Shown one piece after another: positions 1 to 10,383 of a DNA stretch of 64,000 nt. This DNA comes from Deltaproteobacteria bacterium. GTDB lineage: Bacteria; Desulfobacterota; Syntrophia; Syntrophales; JAFGHS01. The notes beneath the pieces were generated by a model, which saw only the letters and a program-made list of their open reading frames with translations, made no database searches and had not been told where the DNA came from. Every line of letters begins with the position of its first letter. Positions within the stretch are counted from its first letter, which is position 1. The position numbers and the translations under genes are program-made. Location: assembly GCA_016928025.1 (NCBI GenBank), contig JAFGLN010000023.1:17067-81066 (forward strand). Direction: 5' to 3'.

Positions 1-300
1 ATCAATGGCCAGGGGAAGATGATAGTCGGGTATCGTAATATAGAAAGCCGTCAACTCTTTGCCGGTGAAAGCATTCATCACACCGCCCACGGAATCGATG
101 GCCGATGCGATATCAAAGGCGGAGCGTTTTGGGGTGCCTTTAAAGAGCATATGTTCAATAAAATGGGCCAGACCGTTTGTTTTGCTGTCCTCGTAACGCG
201 ATCCGCAATGGACCCAGACACCGATGGTTATGGATCTTACGTGATCGATCTGTTCCGAGATGACCCGAATGCCATTGTCCAGAACGGTCTTATTGAACAT
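1..300 (-). CDS. M16 family (pitrilysin-like) zinc peptidase, N-terminal part; runs off the window edge
   Basis: Not in the ORF track. Manual minus-strand translation from ATG at 300 gives MFNKTVLDNGIRVISEQ...GSRYE...GLAHFIEHMLFKGT, with the inverted zinc motif HxxEH. Usual position downstream of pnp. Confidence 0.9.
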   Translation of the reverse strand, partial: MFNKTVLDNGIRVISEQIDHVRSITIGVWVHCGSRYEDSKTNGLAHFIEHMLFKGTPKRSAFDIASAIDSVGGVMNAFTGKELTAFYITIPDYHLPLAID

Positions 301-2410
301 GAGTGCCCAGTGCTTCCTTTCGGCTTAAGCGAATTTTCCCCTGTTTATCGATTTCCAGAACCTTGACCATGACCTCCTCGCCTTCGCTGAGAATGTCCGT
401 CACTTTGTTGACCCTTTCCTTCGCCAATTGAGAAATGTGCAACAAGCCTTCCGTTCCGGGCAGTATTTCGACAAAGGCGCCGAAATCGACGATCTTTTTA
501 ACGACACCTTTGTAAATTTTACCGATTTCCGCCTCTTCCGTGAGCCAGCGGACCATGGCGACGGCCTTTAAGGCGGCGTCGGCGTCAATGGATGCTATCG
601 TCACAGTTCCGTCATCCTCTACATCAATATTGACACCCGTTTCACTGATGATTTGTCGGATATTCTTCCCGCCCGTCCCAATGACATCCCGGATTTTGTC
701 TGGTTTGACCTTAATGGTTGTGATTCTGGGTGCGTAGATGGAAATGTCTTTTCTCGGCTCCGAAATAGTTTCGCGCAGTCTTTCAATAATAAAAATCCTG
801 CCGTCTTTTGCCTGCTGGAGCGCTTTTCTCAAAATATCTTCATTGATGCCGTCGATCTTGATATCCATCTGCATGGCGGTAATGCCGTTTTTCGTCCCGC
901 AGACCTTAAAATCCATGTCCCCCGCGTGATCTTCATCGCCCAAAATATCGGAAAGGATGACGACTTGATCGTCGGCCTTCAACAGTCCCATGGCGATCCC
1001 GGCAACGCTGTCTTTAACCGGCACGCCGGCATCCATCAGACTCAACGATCCACCGCAAACCGACGCCATGGACGATGACCCGTTGGATGATAGAATCTGG
1101 GAAACGATTCTAATCGTATAGGGAAATGTTTCCTGGGACGGGAGAACAGGAACCAGGGCCTTCCTTGCCAGGTTCCCATGGCCAATCTCTCTTCTTCCCG
1201 GGCTTCGTAAAGGTCTTGCTTCGCCGACACTGAAGGGCGGAAAGTTATAATGCAGCATAAAGGAGCGCATCTCTTCGCCATTAATATAATCCAACCGCTG
1301 TTCATCCGATGACGTCCCCAGCGTCAGTGCAACGAGAGCCTGAGTTTCCCCTCTGTTGAACAGGGCCGATCCGTGAGCACGCGGCAGAATTGAAACCTCG
1401 GAACTGATCGGCCTGATCTCCGTGTTGCTCCGGCCGTCGATCCGTCTTTTTTCCTGCAATATCATATTACGCAAAATTTGACGTTCCAGCTCTTCAAGCA
1501 GATTTGCCGCTTCTGCCGAAAGTGCCGGATCATCAGGGGAAATCTTTTTCAGAGTTTTTTCCCTGATTTGATCAAGTTTGGCGTTTCGTTCCTGCTTTCG
1601 CGGGGTTGTATAGGCATCCCTCAGGTCACGTTCCGCAAGTTCGGAAATCCTGGCCAGCAGATTTTCATCCGCCGCTTTGACTTCAAAGGTTCTTTTCTGT
1701 TTGCCGATCTGCTGGCGCATGGCATCCTGTAATTCGATCACGGGCCTGATACTTTCCAGTCCAAAGTTGATGGAGTCAACGACAACGTCTTCACTGACTT
1801 CGCTGGCATCACCCTCCAGCATCACCAGGTTGACGTCGAATTCCGCTCCGTCGGTGTCCCGGGGGACCTTCCGACCGACCATGAAAATATTCAGGTCGCT
1901 TTGCTCCATTAACGCAGAAGGTGGATTGCAAACCAACTGACCCTCGATACGTCCGATGCGGACGCCGGCAACAGGTCCTTTAAAAGGAATATCCGATATT
2001 GCCAAAGCGGCTGATGCCGCCGTCATTGCCGTAACGTCGGAATCATTTTCGCTGTCAACGGACAACACCGTTGCGACCAGCTGAGTTTCAGAGGTGTAAC
2101 CCTTGGGGAACAACGGGCGTAGGGAACGGTCGATGATTCTGGATGTTAATATTTCCCGTTCATTGGGGCGTCCTTCCCGTTTAAAGAAACCGCCGGGAAT
2201 CTTCCCTGCGGCAAAGGTCATTTCCTGATAATCAACCGTTAAAGGGAAAAAATCGATTCCTTCTCTTCCGGTTTTCATGGATACCGCCGTCACCAAAACG
2301 ACTGTATCGCCATATGTCGCGAGGATGGAACCGTCCGCTTGGCCGGCCATGTAGTCCGCCTTGAGTGAAATGGGTCTTCCCGCGAAATCCGCACTAAAAC
2401 ACTTAGCCAT
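290..2410 (-). CDS. pnp: polyribonucleotide nucleotidyltransferase (PNPase)
   Basis: FFPLTVDY, RREIGHG, SNGSSSMAS and GDMDFKV motifs; C-terminal KH and S1 domains; follows rpsO. Confidence 0.98.
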   Translation of the reverse strand: MAKCFSADFAGRPISLKADYMAGQADGSILATYGDTVVLVTAVSMKTGREGIDFFPLTVDYQEMTFAAGKIPGGFFKREGRPNEREILTSRIIDRSLRPLFPKGYTSETQLVATVLSVDSENDSDVTAMTAASAALAISDIPFKGPVAGVRIGRIEGQLVCNPPSALMEQSDLNIFMVGRKVPRDTDGAEFDVNLVMLEGDASEVSEDVVVDSINFGLESIRPVIELQDAMRQQIGKQKRTFEVKAADENLLARISELAERDLRDAYTTPRKQERNAKLDQIREKTLKKISPDDPALSAEAANLLEELERQILRNMILQEKRRIDGRSNTEIRPISSEVSILPRAHGSALFNRGETQALVALTLGTSSDEQRLDYINGEEMRSFMLHYNFPPFSVGEARPLRSPGRREIGHGNLARKALVPVLPSQETFPYTIRIVSQILSSNGSSSMASVCGGSLSLMDAGVPVKDSVAGIAMGLLKADDQVVILSDILGDEDHAGDMDFKVCGTKNGITAMQMDIKIDGINEDILRKALQQAKDGRIFIIERLRETISEPRKDISIYAPRITTIKVKPDKIRDVIGTGGKNIRQIISETGVNIDVEDDGTVTIASIDADAALKAVAMVRWLTEEAEIGKIYKGVVKKIVDFGAFVEILPGTEGLLHISQLAKERVNKVTDILSEGEEVMVKVLEIDKQGKIRLSRKEALGTHVQ

Positions 2411-2515
2411 TTAATTGTCGCCTTTCAAATTGAATTTATTAATCGTGGTCCGGCACGAAGCCGTGGACAAGGATATATGAATGTCAAACGGCCTACTATG
2501 TCACGAGATCATTAC

Positions 2516-2782
2516 TTATTTTCGGAGACCAAGACGTGAAACGGTGGTTCTGTACCTTTCAACGTCTTTATTTTTCAGATAGTCCAGAAGCCTTCTTCTC
2601 TGCCCCACGAGTTTTAAAAGACCTCTGCGAGAGTGATGGTCTTTTTTATGGGTCTTAAAGTGCTCCGTTAAGTATTCAATCCGTGCCGTCAGCAAGGCGA
2701 TCTGGACTTCCGGTGATCCTGTGTCATTCTCGTGCAATTTGTAATTACTGATGATCTCGCTTCTTTTTTCTGAATCTAACAC
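2516..2782 (-). CDS. rpsO: 30S ribosomal protein S15
   Basis: [13 protein letters not shown] and KDHHSRRGL motifs; 88 aa; GTG start. Confidence 0.98.
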   Translation of the reverse strand: MLDSEKRSEIISNYKLHENDTGSPEVQIALLTARIEYLTEHFKTHKKDHHSRRGLLKLVGQRRRLLDYLKNKDVERYRTTVSRLGLRK

Positions 2783-2902
2783 TGCTTCCTATCCTCCATT
2801 CAATATTCAGATATATTTATTGATCATTTAAAATTCTTTTAAGCTAACAACCAACCACCTTATGACATAATATCCTATCCGCCGGTCATGGTTTTCAATG
2901 CC

Positions 2903-3832
2903 TTAGTGATTGAATACCCTCATTATTTTTACCGCCGGCTGTGTATTTCGCAGCGTATTGATTTCGTCATGGGAGTACAGGACCTTTCCGATGGCTATCA
3001 GGCTGTTATTTGTTGCAAACTTTACCATAGCTCCGGCATCAAGAAAAGGAAATTGATGCGTATTCATATTTTCCGCGGTCGGTTGATGCCCCGATTTAAT
3101 TTTATTCGCCAAGGTTTCATCAATGGCGATGGATGTGAAATCCATCAGGGTATCCACCAGGGGAATAATACATCTTACCAGGGCATGTTTTTTTTCTTCC
3201 TGGGCGATCACTTCCAGGGCGATCGCCGACTGATCGTAAAATTCGCCGTTTCTCGTCCTTCTCAGTCCGGTGAGGCATGCCCCGCATCCTAACGATTCGC
3301 CGATATCCGAGCAGAGGGACCGTATGTATGTTCCTTTCGAGCAGGAAACGTTAAAGGTTACGAAAGGAAGCTTAATGTCTTCAATCGTGATAGAAAGTAT
3401 CTCAACATGCCTTGGCTTGGCCGCAATATTCACGCCCTGTCGGGCCCATTTATAAAGGGGTTTGCCCTTAAATTTCAAAGCTGAATACCGGGGAGGGGTC
3501 TGTTTTATTGTACCGATCCATTTGGTCACTTCCTCCTCAATTTCTGCCTGATCGACATTAATTTGACGCTGAGTGACAATTTTCCCGTCACTGTCGAGAG
3601 TATCCGTTGTAACACCCAGCAACATCGTCGCCCGATAATCTTTGGTTCCGGTTGCGAAAAACTGAGCCAGCTTCGTGCCTTCATTAATGCAAACGGGAAG
3701 AACACCTGTGGCCAGGGGATCTAATGTCCCCGTATGCCCGGCCTTTTTGATTTCGAGAATCTTTTTGACCTCTTTCACCACGTCGTGAGAGGTTTTTCCC
3801 GATGGTTTATCAATAACGACAATGCCATTCAT
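2903..3832 (-). CDS. truB: tRNA pseudouridine(55) synthase
   Basis: GHTGTLDPLATGVL and SKGTYIRSL motifs. Confidence 0.97.
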   Translation of the reverse strand: MNGIVVIDKPSGKTSHDVVKEVKKILEIKKAGHTGTLDPLATGVLPVCINEGTKLAQFFATGTKDYRATMLLGVTTDTLDSDGKIVTQRQINVDQAEIEEEVTKWIGTIKQTPPRYSALKFKGKPLYKWARQGVNIAAKPRHVEILSITIEDIKLPFVTFNVSCSKGTYIRSLCSDIGESLGCGACLTGLRRTRNGEFYDQSAIALEVIAQEEKKHALVRCIIPLVDTLMDFTSIAIDETLANKIKSGHQPTAENMNTHQFPFLDAGAMVKFATNNSLIAIGKVLYSHDEINTLRNTQPAVKIMRVFNH

Positions 3833-3857
3833 CTCTAATGCTGCGTAGCGTTTGTTT

Positions 3858-4814
3858 CTATTTTAAATAGAATCCGATCGTCTTGATTACGTCTCGTCTG
3901 ATATCCTCTAACCTGCCTTCTACGGTAAACGCGGCGGCGTTTGGATGCCCTCCGCCGCCATAAGCTCTGGCGATCTTTTCGACATTGATTTTTTCTTTTG
4001 ATCTCATGCTTAATTTAAATTGATTTTCGGCCAATTCATTATACAGGATCGAAATCTGGACACCTCTTATCGAGCGGGGAAATTCGACAAAGCCCTCACT
4101 GTGCTCGGCAAGCGCACCCGTTGCCTCAAGAATTCGTCGATCAACGATGATGGATGCGACTTTGTCGTCCAGATCAAAAGATAATGTTTCCAGAACCTTT
4201 GCCAAAAGCCTGATTTTGGCAAGCGGTTCGTTATCATATATATTTTCCGATATCCACTGAGGATCGGCGCCCCGTTCGACCAGCCGGCCCGCGGCAAATA
4301 ATGTTGCCTCCTTCGTATTTCCGTAGCGAAACCCTCCGGTATCCGTCAGGATAGCGGCATACAAATTGGTTGCCGCCTCCTTTGAAAGACGGATGTCCAT
4401 CTGTTCAAAGAGACGATACAACATTTCCCCCGTTGAACTGACATGTTCATCACGAAAGGTCAAACCGCCACCTCCGCCGCTTTCAATGTGATGATCGATA
4501 CTGATGATATGTTTCATCTCTGCCAGTCGATGTGCTTCTTTACCGATCCTTTTCAAGGTACTGCAATCCAACACAAAAACCACATCCATTTCCGTCGTAT
4601 TCGGCCATTCATGGACGATGACCCGACTGCCGGGTAAAAAACGGTAGCGTTCCGGTGTGGTATCTTCGTTGTAAATGGTAACTTTTTTCCCCATCGCCGT
4701 CAGTACATGGTATAAGGCCAGCTCCGATCCCAGCGCGTCGCCGTCCAGTCTGACATGCGACGTAAGCAGAAAATTGCCGTGATGGTGTATCCGTTCGATG
4801 ATTTTACTTATCAT
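3858..4814 (-). CDS. DHH family phosphoesterase (NrnA-like nanoRNase/pAp phosphatase)
   Basis: DGDALGS, IDHH, TDTGGF and GGGGH motifs; lies between rbfA and truB. Confidence 0.93.
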   Translation of the reverse strand: MISKIIERIHHHGNFLLTSHVRLDGDALGSELALYHVLTAMGKKVTIYNEDTTPERYRFLPGSRVIVHEWPNTTEMDVVFVLDCSTLKRIGKEAHRLAEMKHIISIDHHIESGGGGGLTFRDEHVSSTGEMLYRLFEQMDIRLSKEAATNLYAAILTDTGGFRYGNTKEATLFAAGRLVERGADPQWISENIYDNEPLAKIRLLAKVLETLSFDLDDKVASIIVDRRILEATGALAEHSEGFVEFPRSIRGVQISILYNELAENQFKLSMRSKEKINVEKIARAYGGGGHPNAAAFTVEGRLEDIRRDVIKTIGFYLK

Positions 4815-5166
4815 TCGTTTCCTCTGATTGGTGGATTTCCGCGATCAACTTTTCAATACGGCTGCCGTGCGCAAATGAGTTATCTACGATAAAACGGATG
4901 TCCGGTACGTATCGGAGTTGTAATCTTTTCCCCAATTCTCTTTTCAAGAATCCCGTAGCCTTTTCCAGCCCCAGCATGCACTGTGGATCGCACTCATCCT
5001 TGCCCATTTCAATAAAAAATATTTTTGCCGAACGGAGATCATCCGTCAGCTTAACGTCTGTAATCGTCAGCATTTTCAGCCGCGGATCCTGTATCTGTCG
5101 CAACAGGATATCCGATAATTCAATTTGAATAAGATCGGCGACACGATCAGCCCTCTTAAACGGCAT
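4804..5166 (-). CDS. rbfA: 30S ribosome-binding factor A
   Basis: RADRVA...DPRL...LRYVPDIRF. Start moved to the ATG at 5166 (MPFKRADRV). Confidence 0.95.
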   Translation of the reverse strand: MPFKRADRVADLIQIELSDILLRQIQDPRLKMLTITDVKLTDDLRSAKIFFIEMGKDECDPQCMLGLEKATGFLKRELGKRLQLRYVPDIRFIVDNSFAHGSRIEKLIAEIHQSEETNDK

Positions 5167-5494
5167 CGTATTTGCCTTCAATATAATGACTGGGATCCAT
5201 CCAGTCGGAAAAATGCGAAATTTCAAATTTCGTATTGATGATTTCGGCCAGTTTCATACGGTCTATAAATCTCAGAATATGATCGATCTTGGCGTTAATA
5301 TAACCGGTGTCGTTACCGACGACACTGAATCCGACTTTTGCTTTTTTCCAGTTGTCATTGTCGCCGACCTCCGCAATGGATACATTAAACTCGTTTTGTG
5401 TCCGTTTAATGATGCGGCTTAAGACGCCTCTTTTCTCTTTGAGAGAATTACATCCCACGATCCGCAACTCGATCAATCCGATTCCCACAACCAT
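5156..5494 (-). CDS. DUF503 (YlxP) family protein
   Basis: MVVG...SLKEKR...FNVSIAEV signature; conserved position between infB and rbfA. Confidence 0.92.
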   Translation of the reverse strand: MVVGIGLIELRIVGCNSLKEKRGVLSRIIKRTQNEFNVSIAEVGDNDNWKKAKVGFSVVGNDTGYINAKIDHILRFIDRMKLAEIINTKFEISHFSDWMDPSHYIEGKYDAV

Positions 5495-5513
5495 GATGCC
5501 GGTGACTCTTTAA

Positions 5514-8186
5514 TTATAATGTTCTTTCAATTTTTTCATTAATGTAAGACTCGATAATATCCCCCGGCCTGACATCGTTGAAATTTTCTATGCCGATACC
5601 ACATTCAAACCCGAACGTCACCTCCCGCACGTCATCCTTGAATCTTTTCAGGGAGAAGATTTTACCGTCATAGACGACGACGCCGTCTCTGACCAGCTTG
5701 AGCTGGGCGTTTCGGGATATTTTACCATCGGTTACATAGCTGCCGGCAATGGTGCCCACCCGGGGGACTTTGAACAGTTCCCTTACCTCGGCCCGTCCTT
5801 GGACCACTTCCTTATAGATCGGTTCCAACAGGCCTTCCATCGCCGCTTTCACGTCGGCGATGACGTTGTAAATAATGTCATAGAGCTTGATCTCCACGCC
5901 TTCCTGCTCGGCCAACTCCATAACTCTTGCATCCGGTCGGACATTAAAGCCGATAATAACGGCATCGGATGCCGAGGCGAGCATCACATCGGTTTCCGTA
6001 ACGGTTCCCGTGGAACTATGAATAATTTTCAGCTTGATGTCCGAGGTGCTTAGCTTATTTAAGGCCTCCGTCAGGGCTTCGATTGATCCCTGGACGTCTC
6101 CTTTGATAATCACATTCAGGTCCTTCACGCCTTCTTTGATTTTTTCATACAACTGCTCAAGAGTGATCTTGGACGATCTGGAAAGCTCCTTTTCCCTTTC
6201 TTTTCTGATCCAGTAATCCGCAATATTCCGCGCCTTCTTTTCATCCTCAATATTCACGAACTCCATGCCCACCTGAGGGACTCTTGAAAAACCGATCACT
6301 TCAACCGGCATGGACGGGCCTGCTTCTTTAACCCGCTGTCCCTGATCATTGATCATGGCCCGCACTCGGCCGGCTTCCGTTCGTGATACAAATGCCGCCC
6401 CTTCGCGCAAGGTGCCTTCCTGGATTAAGACCGTCGCAACGGGTCCTCTTCCCCGGTCGAGTTTCGCTTCAATGACGACGCCGCGGGCCGGTATATCATG
6501 ATCGGCCCGTAATTCCATAATATCAGCCTGAAGAAGAATCATTTCGAGAAGGTCTTCAATCCCCTGTTTCTGCTTGGCCGATACTTCACACATAATGGTA
6601 TCGCCACCCCATTCTTCCGATACGAGATTATATTCCGTCAGCACCTGTTTGATTTTTCCCGGATCCGCGCCGGGTTTATCGATTTTATTGATGGCGACGA
6701 TAATCGGTACACCCGCCACACGAGAATGATTGATGGCTTCAATGGTCTGTTCCATGACGCCGTCATCGGCGGCGACGACAAGGACGACGATGTCTGTTAC
6801 CTTTGCGCCTCTGGCCCTCATGGCCGTAAAAGCTTCGTGACCCGGTGTGTCAAGGAAGACAATATCCCGGTCTTTAATATGAACGTGATAAGCGCCGATG
6901 GCCTGGGTGATACCACCCGCTTCGCCGTCAATAATATTGGTTTGCCTGACGGCGTCGAGCAGGGATGTCTTTCCGTGATCGACGTGCCCCATGATTGTCA
7001 CCACCGGTGCTCGCGGTTTCAGATTTTTGATTTCCCCTTCAGCTTTCTGCAGCGATTCATCGAATTCATAATCGGCTTGTTCCACCTGGTATCCGAATTC
7101 ATGGGCAATGAGGACAGCCGCGTCATAATCAATGGGTTGGTTGATCGTCACCATCAAACCGAGTCCCATGAGTTTGTTAATAACTTCATTGGCTTTGGCG
7201 CTCATTCTTTTGGCCAGTTCGGCAACGGTGATTGCTTCGCCGATTTTAAGCCTCCTTTTGATCGGCTTCGGGACGGTAATGAGAGTCTTTTTCATTTTGG
7301 CGACGGCCGTTTTCTTCTCATCCCGCCATTTGTTCGGTCTTTCTTCCCTTTCCTTATCTTCCCGGCGGTCTTTTTTATCGACAAGCTTTTTAATGAAAGC
7401 CTTTTTCTTCGTCGGGGCGGGTTCGTCCATTAAAACTTCGACGGGCCTCTTCCCTTTTTTCTTCAACCGCTCCGCTGCAGCTGCCGGCGTTTCCGCTTTC
7501 GCAGGCTCGGCGTCTTTAACGATCTTCAGCTCCGGCTTCGGAGTAATTTCCTTTTTGTCCTCTTTGGGGAGGGGGCGTTCATCTTTCGGTGCAGCCTTTT
7601 GTCCTTCTACCTTCTTGAGGGTCATTTTGACCACTTCTGCGGATGCTTCCGGTTGGTCCTTCTCCAGAGCCGACCGTTTCTTCTCAATGACTTTTGCTTC
7701 TACCGGGGGCTGCTTTTCCGCTTTGGCTTCAACCGGTACCGTTTCAGCCGGTTCCTTTTGGGGGAGTTCTTTTGCCGGCGGCGCCTTGGCCGGTTCAATC
7801 AGAGGCTCGGTTTCCTTTGCTTCTTTTGCTTTTGAGGTAATACCTTCAGATGCGGGGACTTCTTTCTGCGGCTTTTTGGCTTTTTTCAATTCCGTTTGGT
7901 CAGGTGGCGCTTCTTCTTCCGCTTCTTTTATTGCCGGTTTTTCTTTAATTTCCTCTATGGGGGGACGAACGGCTCTTCTTCTGATTACGGTGGATTTAAT
8001 TCGCTGTTCCACCATTTCCGTGGGTTCTTTAGAGGACAGTGCCTGCTGAATCCTCTCTAACTCGCTGTCTTCCAGTGTGCTTGAATGGGACTTTACGGCG
8101 ATTCCCAACTTTTCCAAACGGGAGATGAGTTCTTTATTTTCCATACCCATCTCTTTAGCCAATTCATAAACTCTTTTCTTCGGCAT
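5514..8186 (-). CDS. infB: translation initiation factor IF-2
   Basis: [20 protein letters not shown] and NKID G-motifs; N-terminal RVYELAKE; start at ATG 8186. Confidence 0.98.
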   Translation of the reverse strand: MPKKRVYELAKEMGMENKELISRLEKLGIAVKSHSSTLEDSELERIQQALSSKEPTEMVEQRIKSTVIRRRAVRPPIEEIKEKPAIKEAEEEAPPDQTELKKAKKPQKEVPASEGITSKAKEAKETEPLIEPAKAPPAKELPQKEPAETVPVEAKAEKQPPVEAKVIEKKRSALEKDQPEASAEVVKMTLKKVEGQKAAPKDERPLPKEDKKEITPKPELKIVKDAEPAKAETPAAAAERLKKKGKRPVEVLMDEPAPTKKKAFIKKLVDKKDRREDKEREERPNKWRDEKKTAVAKMKKTLITVPKPIKRRLKIGEAITVAELAKRMSAKANEVINKLMGLGLMVTINQPIDYDAAVLIAHEFGYQVEQADYEFDESLQKAEGEIKNLKPRAPVVTIMGHVDHGKTSLLDAVRQTNIIDGEAGGITQAIGAYHVHIKDRDIVFLDTPGHEAFTAMRARGAKVTDIVVLVVAADDGVMEQTIEAINHSRVAGVPIIVAINKIDKPGADPGKIKQVLTEYNLVSEEWGGDTIMCEVSAKQKQGIEDLLEMILLQADIMELRADHDIPARGVVIEAKLDRGRGPVATVLIQEGTLREGAAFVSRTEAGRVRAMINDQGQRVKEAGPSMPVEVIGFSRVPQVGMEFVNIEDEKKARNIADYWIRKEREKELSRSSKITLEQLYEKIKEGVKDLNVIIKGDVQGSIEALTEALNKLSTSDIKLKIIHSSTGTVTETDVMLASASDAVIIGFNVRPDARVMELAEQEGVEIKLYDIIYNVIADVKAAMEGLLEPIYKEVVQGRAEVRELFKVPRVGTIAGSYVTDGKISRNAQLKLVRDGVVVYDGKIFSLKRFKDDVREVTFGFECGIGIENFNDVRPGDIIESYINEKIERTL

Positions 8187-8253
8187 GCGTAAAACCCCCA
8201 ATAATCTCTCTTCCTGATTAAATAAAAGGATATTTAATCCGTTTCACTGAATC

Positions 8254-9516
8254 TTATGCATTTTTCTTTTCGAATGCTTCCTGATCAATAATCTTACCGG
8301 CTTCTTCAATCCACATGGAGGCCGTTTTTTGGCCGACACCTTGTATCATGGATAACGATTCGGCATCCATTGTAGCGATCATGGCAACGCTTTTCAAACC
8401 TTCCTTAAAGAGACGTTCCGCCATGGCTTCGCCGATTCCCGGTATCTTCATCAAAGAGGCATGTCCTTGTTCTTCCTGTTTTACCGCCATAGATTCACTT
8501 TTAACATCGATTTTCCATCCCGTTAATTTTACGGCCAGGCGGACATTTTGTCCGTTCTTGCCGATGGCTAAGGATAATTGATCATCCGGTACAATGACTT
8601 CCATCGAGCGGTTTTCTTCATCCAGAAATACCTTGTCGACCTTAGCCGGTGCCAGCGCACTGCAGACGTACTTTGCCTGATCATCCGACGCCGGGACAAT
8701 GTCTATTTTTTCACCCTTCAATTCCTGCACAACACTCTGCACACGAGAGCCCCGCATGCCGACGCAGGCGCCTACGGGATCAATATCTTTATCCTTTGTT
8801 TTAACGGATATCTTTGCCCGTTTACCCGGTTCTCTGGAAACATCAACAATTTCGATGAGGCCTTCGGAAATTTCCGGCACTTCCAATTCAAAGAGTGCCT
8901 TCAAGAATCCCGGATGCGTCCGCGAGAGGATGATCTGCGGTCCTTTGGCGATTTTTTTTACATCAATGATATAGGCCCGGATGCGGTCTCCTCTTTTATA
9001 TCCTTCGCGAAAGATCTGTTCAGACGGCGGAATGATGCCTTCCGTCCTGCCGATATTTACAATAATGCTGCCTCCTTCAAATCGTTGGACGAAACCGCTG
9101 ATGATTTCGTTTTTTCTCCCTTTATATTCGTCATAGATATTGTTTCGCTCCGCATCCTTAACCCGTTGAATAATGATCTGTTTCGCTGTTTGTGCGGCGA
9201 TTCTCCCGAAGGTGCTGGTTTCGATTTTCATACCGAGACTGTCGCCCAGTTGTGCTTCTTCATCGAAATTTTCTCGAGCTTCTTTCAAGGAGATCTGGGT
9301 ATCCTCGTCAAGGGCTTTTTCAACCACTGTTTTAAACAGAAATACCTCGATTTCTCCGGCCTCTTCATTGTAATGGGCTTCAATATCTACATGCTGTCCC
9401 ATTTTTTTCCGGGCAGCGGTCAGCATCGCGGTTTCTAAAACCTCAACGATGATGTTCTTATCGATGCCTTTATCCTTACCCATCTGTTCGATCAGACGTT
9501 TAAGTTCTGGGAACAT
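8254..9516 (-). CDS. nusA: transcription termination factor NusA
   Basis: FGRIAAQTAKQ, DPVGACVGMRGSRV and LAIGKNGQNVRLA motifs; C-terminal HhH repeats. Confidence 0.98.
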   Translation of the reverse strand: MFPELKRLIEQMGKDKGIDKNIIVEVLETAMLTAARKKMGQHVDIEAHYNEEAGEIEVFLFKTVVEKALDEDTQISLKEARENFDEEAQLGDSLGMKIETSTFGRIAAQTAKQIIIQRVKDAERNNIYDEYKGRKNEIISGFVQRFEGGSIIVNIGRTEGIIPPSEQIFREGYKRGDRIRAYIIDVKKIAKGPQIILSRTHPGFLKALFELEVPEISEGLIEIVDVSREPGKRAKISVKTKDKDIDPVGACVGMRGSRVQSVVQELKGEKIDIVPASDDQAKYVCSALAPAKVDKVFLDEENRSMEVIVPDDQLSLAIGKNGQNVRLAVKLTGWKIDVKSESMAVKQEEQGHASLMKIPGIGEAMAERLFKEGLKSVAMIATMDAESLSMIQGVGQKTASMWIEEAGKIIDQEAFEKKNA

Positions 9517-9646
9517 TAAAAATCCTCCATTTTAAGCTGAAAAACGTGTGATGATTTCCATCCCGATCAGATTCAAAAATATCATTTCCAGCCATGCCGG
9601 AAACGTTCTGACGGATGTTAACAATAAAACCTTAACCTGATTGTTT

Positions 9647-10114
9647 TTAAAACGTTTCTTCGAGATGTGCCTTCGTAACCAGTTCTCTGGGAATACGATA
9701 AGATTTTCCCGATACCGAGACAAGCAGGATTTTGTCTCCTTTTTCATCTAATAAATCGATCAGTATTCCGCGAAAATTCCTTACCCCTTCCAGCTTTTCT
9801 TTAACTTTGACATTAATGTCACGGCCTTTGAATTTTATAAAATCCTTGTCTCGTTCAATCGGCCGATTGAATCCCGGTGAAGATACCTCAAGGGTATAAG
9901 GGCCCGGGGGAATATCATGAACGTCCAGGATGTCGCCAAGCTGATTGCTGATTTCCGCGCAGTCATCAATGGTAACCCCCCCATCCTTATCAAGATAGAG
10001 CCTGACCAGCCAACGCAATTTCATTCTGAAACATTCAACGTAAATCAAGTCCATCCCTTCAGATTCTACAACAGGCTCTGCGAGGCGCCGGATTTCTTCA
10101 CGGTATGATTCCAT
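9647..10114 (-). CDS. rimP: ribosome maturation factor RimP
   Basis: GVTIDDC and YTLEVSSPG motifs; start at ATG 10114 after GGAG. Confidence 0.96.
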   Translation of the reverse strand: MESYREEIRRLAEPVVESEGMDLIYVECFRMKLRWLVRLYLDKDGGVTIDDCAEISNQLGDILDVHDIPPGPYTLEVSSPGFNRPIERDKDFIKFKGRDINVKVKEKLEGVRNFRGILIDLLDEKGDKILLVSVSGKSYRIPRELVTKAHLEETF

Positions 10115-10137
10115 GGTTATCTCCGCATCATCGTACG

Positions 10138-10164
10138 AAAAAAAAAGTGGGCAAAGGCCCACTC
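10138..10164 (-). promoter_or_regulatory. rimP leader hairpin / attenuator-like terminator
   Basis: Minus strand GAGTGGGC-CTTT-GCCCACT followed by a long T run, about 24 bp upstream of the rimP start; this GAGTGGG/CCCACT hairpin is common upstream of rimP. Confidence 0.75.
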
Positions 10165-10383
10165 ATCGATAGAACACGACGATTTTGCAGATTTTCTAAC
10201 ACAAAAATGTTCGTGATGCAAGAGAAAATTATGTATTTATAAAGTCTTTGTGTGAAGAGATGATAATTGGCAAACAAAGTTTAGCGGTAAAAGAAAGCTT
10301 CATCCGTTCTGCCTGGACGGAAAGTATTTTAATGGTCATTGAAGGATTTATTTAGATAAGCTTTTCCGCTGAGAAGATAGCTC

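Noticed and set aside
19-366. 115-aa plus-strand ORF
   Set aside because: Antisense to the M16 peptidase and the pnp 3' end.
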